A stretch of DNA of 64,000 nucleotides from Bacillota bacterium. GTDB taxonomy: Bacteria > Bacillota > Limnochordia > Darwinibacteriales > Darwinibacteriaceae. Shown one piece after another: positions 56,306 through 64,000 of the stretch. The number at the start of each line of letters is the position of its first letter. Position 1 is the first letter of the stretch. The position numbers and the translations under genes were made by a program. The stretch covers positions 9,942 through 73,941 of the forward strand of contig JAAYMS010000103.1 of assembly GCA_012521295.1 (NCBI GenBank). Reading direction: 5' to 3'. A model generated the notes under the pieces. It did not search any database. It was not told where the DNA came from and saw only the letters and a list, made by a program, of their open reading frames with translations.

Positions 56306-56827
56306 TTATTTCATCGAATCTTTTAAAACATCCTGGGCTTGGAGGAAATAAGCGACACCAGAGATAACGGTTACTACTACTGTAATCCACAGGAACTGGT
56401 TCGCCCAGGGAAGCTGCAGAAGCAGAGCCAGAACCGCGATGATCTGGCATACTGTCTTAGCTTTTCCCCATTTGGATGCACTGATGATTTCGCCTTCTGA
56501 GGCTGCAATCATTCTTAAGCCCGAAACCGCAAATTCACGGCCGATAATCAACAGAGCTGCCCATGCACTAATCTGATGAAGTTGCACTAAACAGAGCAGA
56601 GCCGCGGTAATCAGCAGCTTGTCGGCGATTGGATCCATCAGCTTGCCAAACTTCGTGACCTCCTGCCGACTGCGGGCTAAGTATCCATCTAAGCCATCGG
56701 TAATTGACGCTATGGCAAAAACAACTGCCGCTATATAAGACCCTCCTGGCACGTCAAGGAGTACCGCGAACGTAAAGACGGGCACCAAGAACAAGCGAAA
56801 AAGGGTAAGCCGATTAGCGATGTTCAC
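56306..56827 (-). CDS. pgsA: CDP-diacylglycerol--glycerol-3-phosphate 3-phosphatidyltransferase
   Basis: CDP-alcohol phosphatidyltransferase motif DGLDGYLAR...G...D...AD. 173 aa. Confidence 0.9.
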   Translation of the reverse strand: MNIANRLTLFRLFLVPVFTFAVLLDVPGGSYIAAVVFAIASITDGLDGYLARSRQEVTKFGKLMDPIADKLLITAALLCLVQLHQISAWAALLIIGREFAVSGLRMIAASEGEIISASKWGKAKTVCQIIAVLALLLQLPWANQFLWITVVVTVISGVAYFLQAQDVLKDSMK

Positions 56828-58157
56828 GCCCTAACACCTCCCCCACTAAGTCATACGCATGCGCCTCTAGAATTCGAACCTTAACAATCTCACCTGTCTG
56901 GGGTGGATCTGCTGGCATACCCATGTAGACAACACCATCCACTTCAGGCGCTTGACCTTGGTGACGCCCCACCAGAACTAAGTCCGATTCGTCGGAAAGG
57001 CCATCTATCATAACATCAATCTCCTGCCCCACAAGCTGCTCGTTCAGCTCCAGGCTGATGCGCTGCTGGACAGCCATAGCTTCTCTAAAGCGCATTTCTT
57101 TCACATCGTCAGGCACTTGATCCTCAAGCAGAGCAGCACGTGACCCTTCCTCCGGAGAATACTGGAAGATGCCTACATGATTTAGTTTTGCCTCTTCTAA
57201 GAAGTTCAAGAGGCTGACAAAATCCTCTTCCGACTCGCCTGGAAAACCAACAATGAATGAGCTGCGGATAAACACTCCTGGGATTTGATCCCGGATTTTT
57301 CTGATCAGCTCCAAGGTTGACTTATAGTCACCGGGGCGGCCCATCCTTCTCAGTACAGACCGAGAGACATGCTGGAGAGGAAGGTCGACATACTTCACCA
57401 TATTGTCATGATCCCGCATGAGCCTAAGGATGTCTTCACCAAGTGAGGTGGGATAGGTGTAAAGAATCCGAACCCAATCAAAACCAATAGGTAGAATCTC
57501 CTGAACAAGGTCTGCCAAGCCGACACCCTTCAGGTCACGCCCATAACCGGTCGTGTCCTGCGCAACTAACGCAAGCTCCTTCACGCCCGACGCATACAGC
57601 GACTCGGCCTCACCAACAATGGACTCCACGCTCCGGCTGCGGAACCTACCCCTAATCTGCGGAATGACACAGAAAGCACACTGATGGCTGCACCCTTCTG
57701 CTATCTTCAAGTAAGCAAAGTGGCTCGGTGTTGCCAAAATGCGTGGGGCAGTTTGATTGTAATCGTACAGTTCCTCTCCTCTAAGAAGGAGGCGCTTTCC
57801 TTCTTGGATTCCCTTCAGTAACGTACCGACTTTATCGAGGTCATTGGTTCCCAAAAAACCATCAACCTCAGGGAGCTCTTCAAACAGTTCCTCAGGATAG
57901 CGCTGCACCATACAACCGGCAACTATCAGGCCGCGGCAGCTTCCCTGGTGTTTCAACTCAGCCATTTCTAAGATTGTCTCAATTGACTCTTCTTTCGCAG
58001 GCCCAATGAACCCACAAGTATTGACTATGATATAGTCCGCGTCTCGCGCATCAGCTACGATTTCGCAGCCCTCTTCTCGAAGGTGTCCGAGAATGATCTC
58101 ACTATCAACTAAGTTTTTTGCACATCCCAATGATACTATACCGACTTTTACTGCCAT
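56814..58157 (-). CDS. rimO: Ribosomal protein S12 methylthiotransferase RimO (radical SAM MiaB family)
   Basis: MTTase N-domain cysteines (GCAKN). Radical SAM CxxxCxxC (CSHQCAFC). C-terminal TRAM domain. Confidence 0.85.
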   Translation of the reverse strand: MAVKVGIVSLGCAKNLVDSEIILGHLREEGCEIVADARDADYIIVNTCGFIGPAKEESIETILEMAELKHQGSCRGLIVAGCMVQRYPEELFEELPEVDGFLGTNDLDKVGTLLKGIQEGKRLLLRGEELYDYNQTAPRILATPSHFAYLKIAEGCSHQCAFCVIPQIRGRFRSRSVESIVGEAESLYASGVKELALVAQDTTGYGRDLKGVGLADLVQEILPIGFDWVRILYTYPTSLGEDILRLMRDHDNMVKYVDLPLQHVSRSVLRRMGRPGDYKSTLELIRKIRDQIPGVFIRSSFIVGFPGESEEDFVSLLNFLEEAKLNHVGIFQYSPEEGSRAALLEDQVPDDVKEMRFREAMAVQQRISLELNEQLVGQEIDVMIDGLSDESDLVLVGRHQGQAPEVDGVVYMGMPADPPQTGEIVKVRILEAHAYDLVGEVLGREHR

Positions 58158-58348
58158 ACTAAAACGTTCCCTTTCTCGTTTGATCCATACTTCATTCGGT
58201 TAACATAAGCATATTCCTGCCAGACATGACGTGTCCCGGAAAATCCCTCCGCAAAAGACAATTCCAAGAAGGAAAAGGCTGCCTAGGTGTGGAACATATC
58301 TATGTCCTCGGTGCCCTATTTGTGGTCGGGCGCACGTAGAAAGCGAGG

Positions 58349-58582
58349 GTGTTGGATTTGGCTAAGCAGACTGTCTGGAAATACTTGTCTCTTATCACAC
58401 AGATCGGGATGACAATCGTTGTTGCGGTAGCCATCGGCACCCTGATTGGCCTATACTTAGATAAAGTCTTAGGGACCAAGATCATCTTCACCCTGATTTT
58501 CATTTTCATAGGCGCAGCATCAGGTATATGGTCATCGTATCAGCAAATCACCAGAATTTCCATTGATGAGTTAGATAAATGA
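58349..58582 (+). CDS. AtpZ/AtpI-like small membrane protein (first gene of the atp operon)
   Basis: 77 aa, two TM helices. Precedes atpI. Confidence 0.45.
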   Translation: MLDLAKQTVWKYLSLITQIGMTIVVAVAIGTLIGLYLDKVLGTKIIFTLIFIFIGAASGIWSSYQQITRISIDELDK

Positions 58583-58936
58583 CAGATTATTTGCATGAGC
58601 AGTCGGTTTTACACTATTCTATAATCACCGTGATTATCGGCATCATCGCCCTATCTTTTCTGAAGCTGGCTTCGGGCTTGAGTTTTCTGCTCGGAGGAGC
58701 AATTGGGATACTGGCATTTCGCCTCATCTGCTTAGAGGCAGATAAGATTCTGAAGTCTGCCCCAGGAGCTGCTCAGAAGATAGCCCGGCGGGGATACCTC
58801 AAAAGGTTGCTTCTCTATGCCGCTGCCTTGACCATCAGCATCCGCAGCGACTCGCTTGTCTTTGGTTGGGCATTTATTGGTTTGCTGATACCGAAGGTTA
58901 TAATATATGTTCTACTGATTGTAAGGAGGCTAAGCC

Positions 58937-58947
<11 letters not shown>
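58579..58947 (+). CDS. atpI: ATP synthase protein I
   Basis: 122 aa, 4 TM helices. Overlaps its neighbours. Sits upstream of atpB. Confidence 0.55.
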
Positions 58948-59900
<953 letters not shown>

Positions 59901-59947
59901 ATGAATAATTGGGTGCAGGAAAGCTGCACCCAATTATTTGAATCAGA

Positions 59948-60463
59948 TTGCAGAGGGTGAGACTGTTGTTCAATGCCACGGAGTTTCTCCAGCAGACAGT
60001 AAATTTCCTTATACTGATGTTTATCTTGCACCGCATACTATATAAACCCGTCCGAAAGTTCCTAGATGAACGGACAGCCCAAATAGAGAGTCAGATTAGA
60101 TCTGCTGAAGAACAGAAAGCAGCCGCAGATAAAATGCGTCAAGAACTGGAGCTACAGCTGGCTGAACAAAGCCGCCAAGCCAAAGAGTACATTGACCAAG
60201 CAATCAGGCGGGGCGAAGCTCTACAGGAAGAGATTATCGCCAAGGCTAAACAGGAAGCGGAAGAAATCAGGCAGAAAGCCATTCTCGATATTAGCCTAGA
60301 AAAAGAAAAAGCTTGGGCAGAGCTTAAGGAAGGTGTTGTCCAGCTTTCGTTTGAGCTCACCGAAAAAGTATTGCGCAGTTCTCTGGATCAAGCTGCACAC
60401 CAACGCCTGATTCAAGATGCGTTGGAGAAGTTAGACGACGCTCAACTAGGTGAACCGGTATGA
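59948..60463 (+). CDS. atpF: F0F1 ATP synthase subunit b
   Basis: N-terminal TM NFLILMFILHRILYKPV followed by a long charged helix. The start may lie slightly downstream of 59948. Confidence 0.85.
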   Translation: MQRVRLLFNATEFLQQTVNFLILMFILHRILYKPVRKFLDERTAQIESQIRSAEEQKAAADKMRQELELQLAEQSRQAKEYIDQAIRRGEALQEEIIAKAKQEAEEIRQKAILDISLEKEKAWAELKEGVVQLSFELTEKVLRSSLDQAAHQRLIQDALEKLDDAQLGEPV

Positions 60464-60978
60464 GCAAGGTGATTGCGAAGCGGTACGCCCAGGCACTGTT
60501 TGAGGTTGTTGAAGAGAACCAGCTAGAGAGAGTAGCCGACGAGCTTCTCGCGCTCAGTCAAGCCCTGCAGGATAAGGACGTCGCTCGTGTTTTAGCCGAT
60601 CCGCGTACGCCCCTGAGTGTAAAGGAGAAGCTGGTGTTAAGTATCCAGCCCTCCCCACCTGTTGAGGCTTTGCTGCGTGTGATGTTGAGTAAACGGCGCC
60701 TTGATATCTTAGCCGAGACAGCAGATGCTTTCCGCGAACTGACCTACCAAGCTCAGGGTAAGACCGTTGCTGAAGTGATCAGCGCTGTCCCCCTAGATCC
60801 TGGTACTATCGAGGCAATCCGAGAAAAGCTGGTTAAGGCCAGCGGTAAAACCGTAGAAGTCAAGACACGACTCGACGAAAAACTTTGGGGCGGTTTTGTT
60901 GTCCGCATAGACGGTAAGATCATCGACGGCAGCCTCGCCGGTTCGCTAAAGAGATTCAAGCAGCAGATGCTCAGTTAA
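60460..60978 (+). CDS. atpH: F0F1 ATP synthase subunit delta
   Basis: 172 aa OSCP/delta-type. N-terminus VIAKRYAQALFEV. Confidence 0.85.
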   Translation: MSKVIAKRYAQALFEVVEENQLERVADELLALSQALQDKDVARVLADPRTPLSVKEKLVLSIQPSPPVEALLRVMLSKRRLDILAETADAFRELTYQAQGKTVAEVISAVPLDPGTIEAIREKLVKASGKTVEVKTRLDEKLWGGFVVRIDGKIIDGSLAGSLKRFKQQMLS

Positions 60979-60987
60979 GCAAATAGA

Positions 60988-61029
60988 AGCCCGGTATTTG
61001 CTGATGCAAATATCCGGGCTCTTTTTTTG
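60988..61029 (+). terminator. Strong rho-independent terminator immediately after atpH
   Basis: AGCCCGGTATTTG ctgatgc AAATATCCGGGCT (13 bp stem with one bulge), then CTTTTTTTG. Confidence 0.75.
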
Positions 61030-61052
61030 CTTACCTACTTCACTCTACGACC

Positions 61053-62780
61053 CTATCGTTCGATCCAGATGAAGTTCCAAGCACTGGCCAGCGATCCAGA
61101 AATTGCATCTGGTAAGCCATTCTTAAGATGATCACCTACTGCAAGACTGCGCTCATTGGTTACGGTGTACAGCAGTGGAACTTGCTCGGCAACGATATCC
61201 TGGAATTCATAGTACAGTTCACGCCGCACTTCTGGGTTCATAGCACGCTGAGCGGCGTACCAGATCTCGTCGATCCTTGCTTCCCATTCGGTATAGGGCT
61301 CTTCTTGCAGCGGATTCCACATGTGTAGGTTACCGCTAGAGAGCCACGTGTTCGAACCACCGTTGGGGTCAAAGGTTCCTGTCAGCCCGATTAGGATCGC
61401 ATCCCACTCAAAGTTCGAAGTCAGCTTATCAACCAAGACGTTGAAGTCAATCATATTGAAGTTGAGCGTGATACCAAGAGCCGCCAGGTCTTCTTGGAAA
61501 AGCTCACCCACGATCTGCGAAAGAGTTGAACCTGCACCAGTAAGGAGGTCGAACTCAATGATGTTGCCCTGTGTGTCACGGCGCCTTCCGTCAGCTCCTA
61601 GGCGATACCCCGCTTCGTCGAGTAGGGCTGCCGCTTTCTCCAGATCATACGGATAGGTTTTCAGATCTTTTTTCAGGAAGAACTCATTCCGCATGTTGAT
61701 CGGGCCGTCGAGGATATACCCTTGTCCGTTCATTGCCATATCTAGAATGGTCTCTTTATCAAGTGCATGGGCTAGCGCTTGACGGAACTTCACATCACTA
61801 AACCACGATAACTTCGGCTCAGGGACAGCATTCGGATTCTGATTGAACACAATGAACCTGGTTCCAGAGTCAGGCCCGGCAGAAATAATGGACCAGCGGC
61901 TGGATACTTCCCGATCAAGAAACTCAGGGAAGTGAGTCGAGGGAATCTCAATGTAGTCGAACTCCCCACTGAAAAATGCCAAGACTGATGTGTCAGTATT
62001 CTGGTAGTACCGGAACACAACCTGGTCCAAATATGGCAGACGATTCCCCGCTGAGTCAAACTCATAGTAATTCGGGTTCCGCTCTAAGATAAGCTCCTGG
62101 TCTACACGGTAAGAAGCAATCCGCCATGCTCCCGTACCAACCACCTCACGGGGATCTGTGGCCAGGCCCCACATCTCTTGGTAACGCCCTGCTTCGAACG
62201 CATCACCCAGAATATGGTAAGGTACAATGTTAGCGCCAATGCTGTACATAATCGGAGCATGCGGCCGTGGTAGTGTGAACTTGACCGTGTACCTATCGAT
62301 TTTCTCTACCTTCATCGGTTGACCGTCAATCAGCAAACCAGAACGAGCGTTAGAGCCCACATTTGCGTCATAGATGACATCAAAGGTGAACACTACGTCA
62401 TCCGCTGTAAACTCGGTTCCGTCATGCCATTGTACACCACGGCGCAGGTGGAAGATGATTTCTGTTTCGTCGTCACTGATCTCCCAGCTCCGAGCCAACT
62501 GCGGCTGGGGCTGTCCGGTCTCCCGATCAAGTGTAACCAAGCCTTCAAAGACATGACCGAGAACGTCACTGCTCGATGTTTCCGCAGCGCGATGAGGGTT
62601 AAAGGTCTTCGGGCCAGCTGTGCCTCCAGAAACAGTCATGCTGCCCCCGTACTGCCCAATGGTTCCCCCGTATCCTTCGATGTCGACAATCAACGGATCA
62701 ACTAAATCAGCAGCGGCAACCAAGCCTGTGCTGATGATTAAAACTGCAGCAAGAATGAATGCAAACAATGATTTTTTCAT
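61053..62780 (-). CDS. ABC transporter substrate-binding protein, family 5 (peptide/nickel)
   Basis: 575 aa. Signal peptide. Typical SBP_bac_5 architecture. Confidence 0.85.
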   Translation of the reverse strand: MKKSLFAFILAAVLIISTGLVAAADLVDPLIVDIEGYGGTIGQYGGSMTVSGGTAGPKTFNPHRAAETSSSDVLGHVFEGLVTLDRETGQPQPQLARSWEISDDETEIIFHLRRGVQWHDGTEFTADDVVFTFDVIYDANVGSNARSGLLIDGQPMKVEKIDRYTVKFTLPRPHAPIMYSIGANIVPYHILGDAFEAGRYQEMWGLATDPREVVGTGAWRIASYRVDQELILERNPNYYEFDSAGNRLPYLDQVVFRYYQNTDTSVLAFFSGEFDYIEIPSTHFPEFLDREVSSRWSIISAGPDSGTRFIVFNQNPNAVPEPKLSWFSDVKFRQALAHALDKETILDMAMNGQGYILDGPINMRNEFFLKKDLKTYPYDLEKAAALLDEAGYRLGADGRRRDTQGNIIEFDLLTGAGSTLSQIVGELFQEDLAALGITLNFNMIDFNVLVDKLTSNFEWDAILIGLTGTFDPNGGSNTWLSSGNLHMWNPLQEEPYTEWEARIDEIWYAAQRAMNPEVRRELYYEFQDIVAEQVPLLYTVTNERSLAVGDHLKNGLPDAISGSLASAWNFIWIER

Positions 62781-62846
62781 GTCTATCTCCTTTCTATGAT
62801 TGCGGTACGCCGAACTAGTGACGCCTTCGCCTCACCCCCTTCCCAG

Positions 62847-63956
62847 CTAGACCCGTGTCCGCGGATCTAGGGCGTCGCGCAGGCCATCACCGAAGAAACT
62901 GTAGCAGAGTACAGTGATGAAAATCATGAATCCAGGGACCAACAGCCACGGATAGCGGGTCAAGGATGACAGGTTCAATGCTTCTGAAAGCATGTTACCC
63001 CAGCTCGCTAAGGGGTGCTGGATCCCCACACCAATAAAGCTCAAACCTGATTCTGATAAGATGAAACTCGGTATAGACAAGGTAGCGTTGACAATCACAT
63101 AACTCATAGTATTAGGCAGAATGTGACGCACGATGATCCGAAACTGCGAACAACCAATTGCTTGGGCTGCCGTGACAAACTCGCTCTGACGAATCGAGAG
63201 CACCATTCCTCGGATTACCCTTGCCAGCCCAGCCCAACCAATAAAGGCGAGAATTACCGTGATCATCAAAAACCGCAGGTCAGATGGCATCCCAATCGGC
63301 AGTACTGCACTCAGGGCGAGGAGCAGATAGAATGATGGAATCGAAATAATGACCTCTGAGATCCGCATCATGACGTTATCGACAGTTCCCCCGAAGTACC
63401 CCGCTACTCCTCCGTAGACAAGTCCAATGGAGAGACTGATGGTGAGTCCGATAATTCCAATAAACAATGAGCGTCTGCCGCCGAAGGCCAATCTTGAAAA
63501 GATGTCGCGGCCATAGCGGTCAGCACCGAGAAGAAAGATCTTCGCTCCCGAGTCTACCCCGAAAAGGTGGAGATCGGTTTCAAACAGGCCTAGCACTGAG
63601 TACTTCTCCCCGCGCACAAAAAACTGAATGGGATACGCCTTAGAAGTATCAGGTTCATATCTGTTTCGCACCGCATCTACGCGCCGATAGTTGTAGATAT
63701 ATGGCCTTGTCAGCTTGCCCTCAGGAGTAAAGAAATGAACTTTGGTTGGCGGGTGGTAAGTCCGCCGCCGGTCACTCGTGGTCTCACCATAGGGAACCAG
63801 GAAGTTAGCGAAGATCGAGAAAAGATGTAGAACTATCAAGATCCACATTCCGGCAATTGCCATCTTGTTCTTCTTCAATTTCATCCACGCCATACGCCAG
63901 AGAGAACGAACCGCCGGCTGCTCCAAATGATCTAAACTCTGCTTTGTATCCTGCAT
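62847..63956 (-). CDS. ABC transporter permease (OppC/DppC-type) with N-terminal extension
   Basis: 6 TM helices. EAA loop AAQAIGCSQFRIIVRHILPN. 369 aa. Confidence 0.85.
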   Translation of the reverse strand: MQDTKQSLDHLEQPAVRSLWRMAWMKLKKNKMAIAGMWILIVLHLFSIFANFLVPYGETTSDRRRTYHPPTKVHFFTPEGKLTRPYIYNYRRVDAVRNRYEPDTSKAYPIQFFVRGEKYSVLGLFETDLHLFGVDSGAKIFLLGADRYGRDIFSRLAFGGRRSLFIGIIGLTISLSIGLVYGGVAGYFGGTVDNVMMRISEVIISIPSFYLLLALSAVLPIGMPSDLRFLMITVILAFIGWAGLARVIRGMVLSIRQSEFVTAAQAIGCSQFRIIVRHILPNTMSYVIVNATLSIPSFILSESGLSFIGVGIQHPLASWGNMLSEALNLSSLTRYPWLLVPGFMIFITVLCYSFFGDGLRDALDPRTRV

Positions 63957-64000
63957 GGTTATTCCCCCTCCCTATTCAAACCGAATGCGCGGATCACTGA

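Overview
This 64 kb window reads as core chromosome of a moderately GC-rich, endospore-forming Firmicute with Clostridia or Paenibacillaceae-like gene content. It is densely packed with housekeeping and sporulation genes. These include transketolase, an EF-G paralog, aspartate kinase, spoIVA, plsY, der, spoIIP, the YIEGIA family, an IspH-S1 fusion, plsC, cmk, scpAB, a GerA-family protein, spoVS, ymdB, rny, recX-recA, cinA, pgsA, rimO and the membrane part of the F-type ATP synthase operon. Accessory content is a YesMN-type two-component system with an LplABC-like sugar ABC importer, and a peptide ABC importer. Two single tRNA genes are present (Trp-CCA on the + strand, Pro-GGG on the - strand). 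I found no CRISPR array, integrase, transposase or prophage structure, and I do not think the window contains a classical defence island. The loci most worth a second look are: a three-gene BadF/HgdC-type activase plus two DUF2229 dehydratase-like genes, cotranscribed with an orphan GerA-family gene and an M50 protease; a lipoprotein-like gene whose signal peptide is cut by an in-frame TAA, directly coupled to a CPBP intramembrane protease; a short FtsH-like AAA metalloprotease overlapping a small membrane-anchored partner gene; an extra gene inserted in the conserved rny-ymdB-spoVS block; an atpI-B-E-F-H cluster that ends at a terminator with no atpAGDC; and a spoIIP operon carrying YIEGIA, its small cap subunit and DUF3189. 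All product calls come from motif and pattern recognition in the translated ORFs. No database search was possible.
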